From the NCBI RefSeq assembly GCF_033763495.1, contig NZ_JANRKL010000115.1, positions 29 through 64,028 on the forward strand: a stretch of DNA of 64,000 nt, given 5' to 3'. Positions 26,530 through 36,145 of the stretch are shown here, piece after piece (within the stretch, counting starts at the first letter, position 1; each line of letters opens with the position of its first letter). This stretch comes from Haliscomenobacter sp. (GTDB lineage: Bacteria > Bacteroidota > Bacteroidia > Chitinophagales > Saprospiraceae). A program made the position numbers and the translations under genes. The notes beneath the pieces are model-generated. The model worked only from the letters and a program-made list of their open reading frames with translations. It was not told where the DNA came from and made no database searches.

Positions 26530-27243
26530 TCAGGGGTCTGTTTTGGTTTGCAAATATTTTTCGACGTATTGCCGCATGGTCAGTTGATGGGGCGGAAATT
26601 GTTCGGGCAAAATCTCCACCCGCGCCATCCTGTCCAAACGAAAAGAACGAAAATCCTGACGCAAGCGGCAATAAGCCACCAAAGTCCAATCCTCTTGGGC
26701 ATTGTGGTAGATAGAAAAAGGTTCGATGGTTCGTTCTGAAGCAGTTCCATCAACCGTAGTATAAGCAATTTTAACTGCCTGAAAATTGGTCAAGGCCATT
26801 TGAATGTCGAGTAAGCAACGAGTAGTAACCTGATAACTCAAGGTTTTACCAATGAACATCCGCTCACTCAGTAATTCTGTTTTTTGCTTGCTAGAATGTT
26901 TGAGTACGGTTTTAATTTTCAGAATGGCGCTGGTAAAAGCTTCTACCAGCGATGCGTCTTTGTTGCACACAATAATTTGTTCAGAGGTAATTAAAGCATA
27001 AGCTTCCCGCTCGGAAAACATCACGGGGGGAAGTTTGTACCCATCCAGGATTTGATAACCTTTCCCTTCTTCAGTCACAATGGGGACACCAGCTTCCTCC
27101 AGAGCTCGGATATCCCGATACACAGTACGTACACTGATGTTGAACTTTTTAGCCACTTCGGTCGCGGTTAACAAGCGTTTGGACAGCAACATGGTGAGGA
27201 TGGCGGTTAGGCGGGATAGACGGGAGGTTTGTTTGTCTTCCAT
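26530..27243 (-). CDS. YafY-family transcriptional regulator (HTH + WYL domain)
   Basis: N-terminal HTH LTATEVAKKFNISVRTVYRDIRALEEAGVPI. C-terminal WYL-like region (ERTIEPFSIYHNAQEDWTLVAYCRLRQDFRSFRLDRM). Confidence 0.85.
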   Translation of the reverse strand: MEDKQTSRLSRLTAILTMLLSKRLLTATEVAKKFNISVRTVYRDIRALEEAGVPIVTEEGKGYQILDGYKLPPVMFSEREAYALITSEQIIVCNKDASLVEAFTSAILKIKTVLKHSSKQKTELLSERMFIGKTLSYQVTTRCLLDIQMALTNFQAVKIAYTTVDGTASERTIEPFSIYHNAQEDWTLVAYCRLRQDFRSFRLDRMARVEILPEQFPPHQLTMRQYVEKYLQTKTDP

Positions 27244-27291
27244 AGTGATGAGTGGAGTTAGACTAAAAATCCAACTAGTTGATGATTTGAA

Positions 27292-27322
27292 ACCTCCCGA
27301 AGATTCAACACCTTCGGGAGGT
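27292..27322 (-). terminator. hairpin downstream of the amidohydrolase gene
   Basis: Perfect 11-bp stem acctcccgaag / cttcgggaggt (27292-27302 / 27312-27322). On the minus strand it is followed by tttcaaatc, a weak U-tract. Confidence 0.5.
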
Positions 27323-27360
27323 AAGGAACGGTTTTAATTCAGGGCACTAAAAAACCGATC

Positions 27361-30300
27361 CTACTTCATCCCCGGAATCCCCATCGGCTGTGCCACATTC
27401 CACTCCGGTGCCGGAGCAGCCTGTACCTTTGGATACACCTCATTCAGCGAATCCCCCTCGTACAAGCGGCCATTTTTCATCACGTACTTGATGGTATTGG
27501 TGTTGCGGATGTTCTCCAGCGGGTTTTTGTCCAAAATGAGCAAATCGGCCAGTTTCCCAGTTTCCAGTGAGCCCAGGTCTTTGCTCAAACCAATCGCCTG
27601 TGCCCCCAGAATGGTAGCCACCCGCAGTGCATCGTGGGTTTTCATGCCCCCGGACTGTACCGCCCACAGTTCCCAGTGGTAACCCAATCCCTGCAACTGA
27701 CCATGGGAGCCAATTCCGGCAATACCTCCCGCTTCCACCAGGGCTTTGGCAAACTCGGCGTGGCGGCGGAAAATGTGCTCTTCCGGTAAAAACCATCCTG
27801 GCCGACGCCGTGCTTTTTCATCCAATTCCGCTTTGGGGGTAAAGTGATTGAGCTTTTTGTCACCCACCACATTCTCCGTAGCGTAGTAATAGTTTTCAGC
27901 CCAGGGGCCACCGTAAGCTACCAACAAAGTCGGCGTATAGGACATCTTGGATTCAGCTACCAATTTGATTACATCCTTGTAAATGGGGTAAATCGGGAAA
28001 GCGTGTTCATGCCCCGAATAACCATCCAACAACTGGCTCATGTTGAGTTTAAAATCCAAACCACCTTCCGTAGTTGGCATCAAACCCTGCTCTTTAGCCG
28101 CCTGGATGACCCACTGGCGGTGCTGCCGATTGCCAGTCAGGTACATTTTGATCGTCTTGGTGTTGTAGTACTCGGAGTATTGTTTGAGTACGTTGCGGGT
28201 TTGCTCCAAACTTTCCAAACGGTAAGCCCAATAGCCGACACCAGGGCCAGTGGAATAAATCCGTGGGCCCAGGATTTGGCCACTTTCCACCATGTCACCG
28301 TAAGTAAGTACGTCGGTGGTGGCAGTTTGTGGGTCACGCGTGGTGGTTACGCCGTAAGCGAGGTTGGCATTGTACATCCAGGCCTGGCTTTTGTGCAGTC
28401 CCCAGTAAGGCCACATGTGTGCGTGGGTATCCACGAAGCCGGGTACGATGGTTTTGCCCGCCATGTCCATTACCTTGGCACCTGCTGGAGCTTTGATGGA
28501 GCCCGCTTTGCCTACCGACTTGATGCGGTTGTTTTCGATCAGGATATCTCCTTTTTCAAAAACTTCAGTGCCTTTCATGGTGATGATGCGGGCATTGCGC
28601 AGCAGAACGACACCAGTGGGCACATCGCGGGGTACGGTCACTTTTACCCGAATTTCACCAGCTTTGTAGGATTTGTCTTCTTCTTTCTTTTCGTCCTTTT
28701 TCTCCTCGGACTTCTTGCCTTCCGCTTCAGCCTTGGCTTTTTCTTTTTCCTGGGCCTTCTTTTCTGCTTTCAACTGGTCTTCAACCAATTTGGCCTGAGC
28801 TAAATCATAGGAGAAATAAGCGTTGCCAATCGACCAGTTTACCCGTTTGGCATCCGCTGTCCAGTGGGGGAATTGTCCGCCGATGGTGGTCAATTTACGA
28901 GCTGGGAATTGGGCGTTTTCGGCTTTGGCCACCGAAATATTCGGTACTTCGCCCCCGGTTTTAGGCACAGTTACCACATAAATTTCATTGTTGATTTGCA
29001 CCAGTGCCTGTTCTCCTTCGGGGGCCATGGTGATCAGTTCTGCTTCGGATGGTTTGGGGGTTGGTTCCGTTTCACTGTGCACCATCAGGCAATGGGTATG
29101 CCCCAGTTCAGCCGGGTAAGTGGTGATGCCACTCACTTTGAGGTGTACTTTTTCATCGGTACCGTCCCAACGAATGGAGACCAAACCTTTGGTGCTGCTG
29201 AACAGGTAAATGCGCTCGTCAGCCTTCACGAAGTGCGGATTGCCCCGGCCATTGGCGTTTTCAATCCGGGTCACCTCTCCTCCATCGGCACTGATCCAGC
29301 CCAAATTGGCCGCTGCTCCGGCAAAGAAGGGGCTGTAGGCATCTTCAAAGACCTGCGAAGGACCATAGGTGAACACAATGCGCTTGGTTTTGGCATCCCA
29401 GGCCAAGTCGGAATAAATCGCCCCAGCCCGGGTCAGCTTGGTAGGCGCACCGCCAGCTACATTCACCTTATAGATGTGACCTTCCTTGTTTTCCCAGGTG
29501 ACGTAAGCGATACTGTTCCCATCGGGCGACCATACGGGCATGGCTTCGGTGAAGTTGGCCGTAGTCAGTCTCTTGGCCGTCCCCGCTGGGTAATCCATCA
29601 CATACAAACGATTCAGTACGGTAAAGGCCAATTTTTTGCCATCGGGCGAAATTTTAGGGTCGCGAATTTGATTGGCGATCATGGTCTTTTCGTCCGAGAT
29701 CGGGAAGTCGAATTTTACCGCCGGCCCCATGCCAATTTCGGTATCCACTTCAAAGGGAACATTCGTGGCATCTCCACCGTCGATGGGCAATTTCCAAATT
29801 TTGCCACCATAAGAAGCAATGACAAATTTGCTGTCGGGCGTAAAAGACATCGCCGGATAAACCCCCAATGGTGCAATGGATTCCTGTTCATCCCGCTGAA
29901 CCGGGTAGGCCAGCCAGGCTTCTTCGCCGGTCAGTAGGTTGCGCTTTACCAGGCCAGTTTGTTCGTTGAAACGGGTGCCATACACCAGCCACTTGCCATC
30001 GGCAGAAAGTGTTGGGGTAAAGGCGGAACCTACCCTTTCGGTACGGGTTTCCACCTGTCCGGTTTCTCGGTCATAAGTCGCCAATTGGTATTGGGGCAAA
30101 ATGGCATTGTAGTTCCAAGCCCCGGTGCGGCGCGAAAACCAGATGTAGCGACTGTCTTTGCCAAAAGCCTGTTCGATGCATTTTAAGGTTTCGGGCGTTT
30201 TGATGAGTTGGGTGCCACCACCGCCGTCTTTGTGGAATAGGAAGAGTTTCAGGTTGCGCCCACCTTTGGACACAATCAGGTAATTCCCGTCAGGCGTCCA

Positions 30301-30759
30301 TTCCACCGATTGATAGTTTTGGTCGCTGTCTTTGGTGACTTGCACGGTATCCTGTTTTTCAAAATCGATGTACCAGGCATTTTCGGAACCACTGCGGTCG
30401 GAGGTGAAGGCGATTTTTTTGCCATCGGGACTCCAGCGTGGGTGGGTGTCGTAAGCCATGCCATTGGTCAGCTGTTTGGCTTTGCCCCCAGCCATGGGAA
30501 TGCTGTAAATGTCGCCCATAAGGTCAAAAGCGATGGTCTGACCATCCGGGCTGACGTCGAGCGACATCCAGGTGCCTTCCGTAACTTGGAGTTTGATTTT
30601 GCGCTCGGGCTCCAGGGGCAAAGGTTTTTTGGAGTCTTTTTTAACAGCCACTTTGCTACTGTCCTTTTTGGCTCCGGTTTCCTGTGCCTGCACGGCAATG
30701 CCCCCCAGGCTGAGTAGCCCTAGCAGAAAGGCCAATCGGGAGATGTAATTTGGTTTCAT
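27361..30759 (-). CDS. fusion protein: TolB-like PD40 beta-propellers + C-terminal amidohydrolase domain
   Basis: 1132 aa with a signal peptide. Multiple PD40 signatures (VSPDGQTIAF, WSPDGKKIAFTSDRSG, ISPDGKKLAF, WSPDGNSIAY). A Lys/Glu-rich linker precedes a metal-dependent amidohydrolase core (GFVDTHAHMW...GSHG...LILDKNPLENI). Confidence 0.85.
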   Translation of the reverse strand: MKPNYISRLAFLLGLLSLGGIAVQAQETGAKKDSSKVAVKKDSKKPLPLEPERKIKLQVTEGTWMSLDVSPDGQTIAFDLMGDIYSIPMAGGKAKQLTNGMAYDTHPRWSPDGKKIAFTSDRSGSENAWYIDFEKQDTVQVTKDSDQNYQSVEWTPDGNYLIVSKGGRNLKLFLFHKDGGGGTQLIKTPETLKCIEQAFGKDSRYIWFSRRTGAWNYNAILPQYQLATYDRETGQVETRTERVGSAFTPTLSADGKWLVYGTRFNEQTGLVKRNLLTGEEAWLAYPVQRDEQESIAPLGVYPAMSFTPDSKFVIASYGGKIWKLPIDGGDATNVPFEVDTEIGMGPAVKFDFPISDEKTMIANQIRDPKISPDGKKLAFTVLNRLYVMDYPAGTAKRLTTANFTEAMPVWSPDGNSIAYVTWENKEGHIYKVNVAGGAPTKLTRAGAIYSDLAWDAKTKRIVFTYGPSQVFEDAYSPFFAGAAANLGWISADGGEVTRIENANGRGNPHFVKADERIYLFSSTKGLVSIRWDGTDEKVHLKVSGITTYPAELGHTHCLMVHSETEPTPKPSEAELITMAPEGEQALVQINNEIYVVTVPKTGGEVPNISVAKAENAQFPARKLTTIGGQFPHWTADAKRVNWSIGNAYFSYDLAQAKLVEDQLKAEKKAQEKEKAKAEAEGKKSEEKKDEKKEEDKSYKAGEIRVKVTVPRDVPTGVVLLRNARIITMKGTEVFEKGDILIENNRIKSVGKAGSIKAPAGAKVMDMAGKTIVPGFVDTHAHMWPYWGLHKSQAWMYNANLAYGVTTTRDPQTATTDVLTYGDMVESGQILGPRIYSTGPGVGYWAYRLESLEQTRNVLKQYSEYYNTKTIKMYLTGNRQHRQWVIQAAKEQGLMPTTEGGLDFKLNMSQLLDGYSGHEHAFPIYPIYKDVIKLVAESKMSYTPTLLVAYGGPWAENYYYATENVVGDKKLNHFTPKAELDEKARRRPGWFLPEEHIFRRHAEFAKALVEAGGIAGIGSHGQLQGLGYHWELWAVQSGGMKTHDALRVATILGAQAIGLSKDLGSLETGKLADLLILDKNPLENIRNTNTIKYVMKNGRLYEGDSLNEVYPKVQAAPAPEWNVAQPMGIPGMK

Positions 30760-30869
30760 GTGTTGAATCAGTGTGTGTTGAAAAAGATAAAATTAGGGAA
30801 AGAAATTTTTTTTCAAAGTTTTTATGCATTTCCCTAGCTGCTTGCATCCTGTAGGAAAATTACAAAGCC

Positions 30870-32765
30870 ATGTTCCAAAAAAACATTTTCCTTGCCCTAT
30901 CTGTCCTGCTCCTAGGATTTGTAAGTTTCCGGAGCTCGGTCAAAACCTATGAACTAAATGGTAAAGTCACTGATGAAACCGGGCAAGCATTGCCTGGGGT
31001 AACGGTATTACTCAAAGGCCACGCAGTGGGTGCAACGACCGAAGTGGATGGTTCTTTCAAATTGAATAGCCCCGATTCTTGTGCTACATTGGAATTCCGC
31101 TACCTCGGCTATGAGCTTAAAGAAGCGAAAATTTGCGCTGGTAAACCTGTAAACGTCCAATTGAAAGCCAGTATAACGAAGCTTGAAGAAATGGTGGAAA
31201 TAGCAGAAGATCGTAAAGTACGGGAACACGAAAGACCTGTGTTATTTAAAGCGAGTAAAGAACTGAGTAAGACCACTCCTGGCATCGCAGGCTATGCAAC
31301 TAGGACTTATGCGCCCCAGCCCAACTTCAACACTGAAGATTACGACCGCATCCAGGAAAACCGCTTCCACCGCGCTACGCAAGAGCCACAATCGACCTTT
31401 TCCATCGATGTTGATGCAGCCAGCTACAGCAACCTGCGCCGTTTCATCAACAATGGCCAAAAGCCACCAGAAGACGCAGTTCGCATCGAGGAAATGATCA
31501 ATTATTTTGACTACGAATACCCCGAACCTACGGGCAAACATCCTTTTTCCATCACTACTGAAGTGAGCGATTGCCCCTGGCAGCCTAAGCACCGCCTGGT
31601 ACACATCGGCCTCCAGGGCAAACATACCCCAACTGAAAATTTACCAGCGGCCAACCTTGTTTTCCTGATCGATGTATCAGGCAGTATGAGTGCCGCCAAT
31701 AAACTTCCTCTGGTGCAAACTTCTTTCAAACTCCTGGCGGATCAATTGCGCCCCCAAGACCGCGTAGCCATTGTGGTCTACGCTGGTGCAGCTGGTTTGG
31801 TTTTGGAACCCACTACGGGCAACAACAAAACCAAAATCAAAGAAGCCATCGACAAACTCCAGGCCGGTGGATCTACCGCTGGTGGCGAAGGCATCCGTTT
31901 GGCCTACAAAACCGCCAAAGAGCATTTCATCAAAGGTGGCAACAACCGGGTCATCCTCGCCTCTGATGGAGACTTCAACGTAGGCGTCAGCAGCGACGGT
32001 GAGCTGGTGCGTATTGTAGAGGAAGAGCGCAAAAGTGGAGTGTACCTGACCGTATTGGGTTACGGCATGGGCAACTACAAGGACAATAAAATGCAAAAGC
32101 TGGCCGACAGCGGCAATGGCAACCATGCCTACATCGACAACCTGGACGAAGCCCGCAGGGTATTGGTGAGCGAATTCGGTGGCACCATGTATACCATCGC
32201 CAAAGACGTCAAGTTGCAACTGGAATTCAATCCCGCTGTGGTGCAAGGTTACCGCCTGATTGGTTACGAAAACCGGGTGCTGAACAATGCCGATTTTGAC
32301 GACGATCAAAAAGACGCAGGTGAGTTGGGCGCAGGCCATACCGTCACCGCCCTTTATGAAATCATCCCGGTGGGCATCGAAAGCAAATTCCTGGCTGCCG
32401 ACAAAGACCTCAAATACCAACAACGCGACCTGACGCCAACGGCGAACCGGTCGAATGAACTGCTGACCGTAAAATTCCGTTACAAAGCTCCAGAGGCTGA
32501 CAACAGCCAATTGATGGAAGAAGTGATCATGGATAAAAAATCCAGCCTGGACAAAACCAGTGACAATTTCCGTTGGTCGGCTGCAGTGGCTACCTTTGGA
32601 ATGCTGCTACGCAACTCCGAATTTAAAGGAGATGCCAATTATGAGCAGTGCAAAAAACTGGCCGCTGGTGCCCGGGGTAAAGACACTGAAGGTTATCGCG
32701 CTGAGATGATCCGCATGATCGAAACCGTTGGCCTGATGGGCAAATCGGAAACGGCAGAGAAATAA
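30870..32765 (+). CDS. von Willebrand factor type A domain protein (YfbK-like) with N-terminal CarboxypepD_reg-like domain
   Basis: N-terminus YELNGKVTDETGQALPGVTVLLKG. vWA MIDAS motif LVFLIDVSGSMS...ILASDGDFNVG. The C-terminal region resembles the DUF3520 part of YfbK-type proteins. Confidence 0.8.
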   Translation: MFQKNIFLALSVLLLGFVSFRSSVKTYELNGKVTDETGQALPGVTVLLKGHAVGATTEVDGSFKLNSPDSCATLEFRYLGYELKEAKICAGKPVNVQLKASITKLEEMVEIAEDRKVREHERPVLFKASKELSKTTPGIAGYATRTYAPQPNFNTEDYDRIQENRFHRATQEPQSTFSIDVDAASYSNLRRFINNGQKPPEDAVRIEEMINYFDYEYPEPTGKHPFSITTEVSDCPWQPKHRLVHIGLQGKHTPTENLPAANLVFLIDVSGSMSAANKLPLVQTSFKLLADQLRPQDRVAIVVYAGAAGLVLEPTTGNNKTKIKEAIDKLQAGGSTAGGEGIRLAYKTAKEHFIKGGNNRVILASDGDFNVGVSSDGELVRIVEEERKSGVYLTVLGYGMGNYKDNKMQKLADSGNGNHAYIDNLDEARRVLVSEFGGTMYTIAKDVKLQLEFNPAVVQGYRLIGYENRVLNNADFDDDQKDAGELGAGHTVTALYEIIPVGIESKFLAADKDLKYQQRDLTPTANRSNELLTVKFRYKAPEADNSQLMEEVIMDKKSSLDKTSDNFRWSAAVATFGMLLRNSEFKGDANYEQCKKLAAGARGKDTEGYRAEMIRMIETVGLMGKSETAEK

Positions 32766-32812
32766 ATTGTAAAACTTATATCTTTTCTTTTAGCACGCTT
32801 AATATTGTGAAC

Positions 32813-32844
32813 GGTCAACATGCTTTCATGTTGGCCTTTTTTTT
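32813..32844 (+). terminator. rho-independent terminator of the vWA gene
   Basis: 10-bp stem ggtcaacatg / catgttggcc with one G:U pair, a 4-nt loop, then eight T (32837-32844). Confidence 0.75.
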
Positions 32845-32863
32845 ATGCCTCAATCTTCTCATG

Positions 32864-32877
32864 CGGGAACGTTCCCG
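32864..32877. promoter_or_regulatory. 14-bp perfect palindrome CGGGAACGTTCCCG, candidate operator upstream of the sugar-acid operon
   Basis: Read directly. It lies about 165 nt upstream of the GntP permease ATG. The AACGTT centre resembles LacI/GalR-type operators, but no cognate regulator gene is in the window. Confidence 0.35.
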
Positions 32878-33041
32878 ATAACGATTGCGTAAATAAACGC
32901 TCATTGTACAAATTTACTTATGGGGGAGATTCCTAATTTTGAATAAACAAATCTGTTTTATCTAAAATAAAATTTTAAGTAAGGGGATTTGCCTGGTTTT
33001 TTCGTCGGAAAATTGCATCAAGTACTGCCTAAAATCAACAC

Positions 33042-34478
33042 ATGGATCCAATCATAATTGTCCTCCTCGGCATCAGTCTGGTTTTGTTTTGCATCATCGC
33101 CCTGCGCCTCAATGCGGTAGTTGCCCTGCTTTTTGCTGCAGTGGTAACCAGTTTATTGACCGCCAAGGAACACATCTATAATTTTGCCATCAACAAGGGT
33201 TTGTCGCCCGAAAAAGCAGAGGCTTTGGCCAGTCAGGCCCTGGGGGAACGGATTGCGGAGGCTTTTGGCAGTACCGCTGGCAAAATCAGCATTTTAATTG
33301 CCCTGGGTTCCATCATTGGGGTGGCCTTGATGCGCAGCGGAGGTGCAGAACGGATCATCCGTAGTTTGTTGAATGTGGTGGGTAAAAAAAACACCTCCCT
33401 GGCTTTTTTAACGGGGAGTTTCACCCTGGCCATTCCGGTGTTTTTTGACACCGTTTTTTACCTGATGATTCCATTGGTCAAATCCTTGAGTATCCGCAAC
33501 CCGCGCAAATACAGCCTTTACCTGATGGTGGTGATTGCCGGAGGCGTTATGGCCCACTCCCTGGTGCCGCCCACCCCCGGCCCCTTGTTTGTAGCCAAGG
33601 AAATGGGCATAGACCTGGGTTTGATGATGGTGGTAGGGATCATTTTTGGGATCATCACCAGCTTCGCGGGGTATCTATACGCCCTTTGGGCCAATCACAA
33701 ATGGGATTTGCCCATGCGCGATACACCCGACATCAGCATTGAAGAGTTGAAAGAAATTGCCGATAAAAAACAGGAGGATTTACCCTCCCTTTGGTTGTCC
33801 TTGCTGCCAATTGTTTTGCCCATTTTGTTGATTACGGGAAAGTCATTTTTGGAGATGTTATTGGATGACAAACTGGACGGTTTATCTCCCTTTCAAGTGC
33901 AACTGGTTCAATTGCTGGACATCGTTGGAGATAGCAATATCGCCTTATTCATTGCCGCCCTGATTGCCATGTATTTGTTGTGGAGCAGGTTGAAAAATGT
34001 GGAACAATTCAACCAACAGATTCAAGAGTCACTGATGAGTGCGGGGATGATCATTTTGATCACCTGCGCTGGTGGGGCTTTTGGCCAAATGTTGCAACAA
34101 ACCAATATTGGCATGCGCCTTACTGATTTTACGGGCAATGCTCAATCTGCCATTTTGCCCCTGGCTTTTTTCCTCACCGCCGTAATCCGCACCGCACAAG
34201 GCTCGGCTACTGTAGCAATGGTGACCACCATAGGGATTGTCAATGGGTTTGGAGGCGAAAATGCCTACCCTTTTCACCCGGTTTATTTGGCTATAGTGAT
34301 TGGTTGTGGCTCCAAAATTTTTCCCTGGATGAACGACAGCGGTTTTTGGATCATCTCTAAAATGAGTGGCATGACCAACAAAGAAAGCATTCAACATTTT
34401 TCTTATCTGCTTACGGTGATGGGCTTTGCGGGGTTGATCTCAGTGATGGTTCTGGCTCGTTTGTTTCCCATGGTTTAA
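33042..34478 (+). CDS. GntP-family sugar-acid:H+ symporter
   Basis: 478 aa and polytopic. The N-terminus MDPIIIVLLGISLVLFCIIALRLNAVVALL and overall architecture are typical of GntP permeases. It is the first gene of a cluster with garD and kdgD. Confidence 0.8.
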   Translation: MDPIIIVLLGISLVLFCIIALRLNAVVALLFAAVVTSLLTAKEHIYNFAINKGLSPEKAEALASQALGERIAEAFGSTAGKISILIALGSIIGVALMRSGGAERIIRSLLNVVGKKNTSLAFLTGSFTLAIPVFFDTVFYLMIPLVKSLSIRNPRKYSLYLMVVIAGGVMAHSLVPPTPGPLFVAKEMGIDLGLMMVVGIIFGIITSFAGYLYALWANHKWDLPMRDTPDISIEELKEIADKKQEDLPSLWLSLLPIVLPILLITGKSFLEMLLDDKLDGLSPFQVQLVQLLDIVGDSNIALFIAALIAMYLLWSRLKNVEQFNQQIQESLMSAGMIILITCAGGAFGQMLQQTNIGMRLTDFTGNAQSAILPLAFFLTAVIRTAQGSATVAMVTTIGIVNGFGGENAYPFHPVYLAIVIGCGSKIFPWMNDSGFWIISKMSGMTNKESIQHFSYLLTVMGFAGLISVMVLARLFPMV

Positions 34479-34487
34479 TCCGTCCAG

Positions 34488-36023
34488 ATGAACGAAACCA
34501 TTTATACAGTCATTCAAACCACCCCTCTAGACAATGTGGGGATTGTGCCCAATCTGGAGGGATTGCCAAGAGGGGCGCTGCTACCCAATGGCGTGATTGT
34601 GCAGGAACCTATCCCAATGGGTCACAAGGTTGCTTTGACCAACATTCCCACTGGTGCAGCAATCGTCCGGTATGGCGAAACCATCGGATTAGCCAGTACC
34701 TCGATTCAAGCAGGTGAATGGGTAGACCATACCCGCATGTTACTCCCCCAGGCTCCCCGGCTGGAGGACATCTCGCTCAACATCAGTCCCAAAGCCAATC
34801 CAGAACCACTGGAGGGCTACACTTTTCAAGGGTTTAAAAATCTTGATGGCAGTGTAGGCACCAAAAACGTACTCGCCATTGCCACCAGCGTGCAATGTGT
34901 GGGTGGTTTGGCCCAATACATCGAGAAAAAAATCCGGCAAGAATTGCTGCCCAAATATCCCAATGTGGATGAGGTGGTGGCACTCAATCACAGCTACGGT
35001 TGCGGCATTGCCATCGATGCGCCTGCGGCAATGGTGCCCATTCGGACATTGCAAAACATCATGCACAATCCCAATTTTGGTGGGGAGGTAATGATGATTG
35101 GACTGGGTTGTGAAAAGTTGCGCCCGGAACGATTGATGGCGGAAACTGTCGATTCTGGCCAAGGACACATTTTGTACCTGCAAGATGAAGCATTTCAGGG
35201 TTTTGCAGGAATGGTGGAAGGCATCATGGAAATGGCGGAAACCCATTTGCAAAAACTGAACCGTCGCCAACGGGAAACTTGCCCTGCTTCGAACTTGGTA
35301 GTGGGTATGCAATGCGGTGGCAGCGATGCTTTTTCAGGATTGACGGGGAATCCCGCTGCTGGGTTTGCCGCCGACCTGATTGTACGCACCGGGGGGACGG
35401 TTCTGTTTTCAGAGGTGACCGAAGTACGGGACGCCTGCCATCTTTTGGCTGCCCGCACCACTGATGCCGATGTAACCAAAGCCCTGCTGGAAGAAATGCG
35501 CTGGTACGACGACTACCTGGCCCAAGGGCAGGCAGATCGAAGCGCTAATCCCACCCCGGGAAACAAACTGGGCGGGCTGAGCAATGTGGTGGAAAAAGCC
35601 TTGGGATCAATTGCCAAATCGGGCAGCAGCCCCATCGTTGATGTATTGAAACCGGGCGAAAAAATCCGCCGCAAAGGGCTTAATTTTGCGGCCACTCCAG
35701 CCAGCGACTTTGTGTGTGGCACCTTGCAGCTAGCGGCTGGAATGAACGTGCATGTGTTCATCACCGGGCGCGGTACGCCGTATGGCTTGTCGATGGTGCC
35801 GGTCATCAAGGTGAGCTCCAATTCCAAGTTGGGCAATCGTTGGTACGATCTGATTGATTTTGATGCTGGGCCGATCGCTTTTGGTGAAAAAAGTATTGAG
35901 GAGATGGGCTGGGAACTATTTCACTTGGTTTTGGAGGTGGCGAGTGGCCGCACTCAGGTGGCTTGTGATAAATTGGGGATTCACAATGAGTTGGTCTTGT
36001 TCAATCCGGGGCCACTGACTTAA
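34488..36023 (+). CDS. garD: UxaA-family dehydratase, probably galactarate dehydratase
   Basis: 511 aa. N-terminal SAF-like domain ([26 protein letters not shown]) followed by a UxaA-type catalytic domain. Assigned to galactarate rather than altronate because of the adjacent kdgD. Confidence 0.7.
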   Translation: MNETIYTVIQTTPLDNVGIVPNLEGLPRGALLPNGVIVQEPIPMGHKVALTNIPTGAAIVRYGETIGLASTSIQAGEWVDHTRMLLPQAPRLEDISLNISPKANPEPLEGYTFQGFKNLDGSVGTKNVLAIATSVQCVGGLAQYIEKKIRQELLPKYPNVDEVVALNHSYGCGIAIDAPAAMVPIRTLQNIMHNPNFGGEVMMIGLGCEKLRPERLMAETVDSGQGHILYLQDEAFQGFAGMVEGIMEMAETHLQKLNRRQRETCPASNLVVGMQCGGSDAFSGLTGNPAAGFAADLIVRTGGTVLFSEVTEVRDACHLLAARTTDADVTKALLEEMRWYDDYLAQGQADRSANPTPGNKLGGLSNVVEKALGSIAKSGSSPIVDVLKPGEKIRRKGLNFAATPASDFVCGTLQLAAGMNVHVFITGRGTPYGLSMVPVIKVSSNSKLGNRWYDLIDFDAGPIAFGEKSIEEMGWELFHLVLEVASGRTQVACDKLGIHNELVLFNPGPLT

Positions 36024-36045
36024 AATAATTTTTCGACCTGAACAA

Positions 36046-36110
36046 CCTTAAGCATAAACCTTTCTAAGGTGATAACTTAAGTGCCTTAGGTTTCTTAGGT
36101 GGTGAAAAAA
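36046..36110. repeat. octamer-periodic CTTA(A/G)G(G/T) intergenic element
   Basis: ccttaagcataaacctttctaaggtg followed by cttaagtgccttaggtttcttaggtggtg and an A-run. This is the reverse-complement flavour of the CAC-N-AAG units at 62627-62650. Confidence 0.6.
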
Positions 36111-36145
36111 CACTCTTCCTTTTTACTCAAAAAGTTAAAAAACAC

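Noticed and set aside
28680-28800. A polypyrimidine-rich low-complexity tract of about 120 nt on the plus strand.
   Set aside because: It is the coding sequence of the Lys/Glu-rich interdomain linker (KAEKKAQEKEKAKAEAEGKKSEEKKDEKKEEDK) of the minus-strand amidohydrolase fusion gene. It is not an independent element.
27844-29937. Two long plus-strand ORFs (319 and 357 aa) antisense to the 1132-aa amidohydrolase gene.
   Set aside because: The minus-strand frame carries clear PD40 and amidohydrolase motifs. The antisense products are low-complexity (Gly/Phe/Val-rich) with no motifs. These are typical shadow ORFs.
31677-32510. Other long antisense ORFs: 31677-32510, 34740-35312, 50190-50711, 15701-16225, 52273-52800 and 53519-54049.
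   Set aside because: Each lies fully inside a gene on the opposite strand that has clear family motifs. None has a motif of its own.
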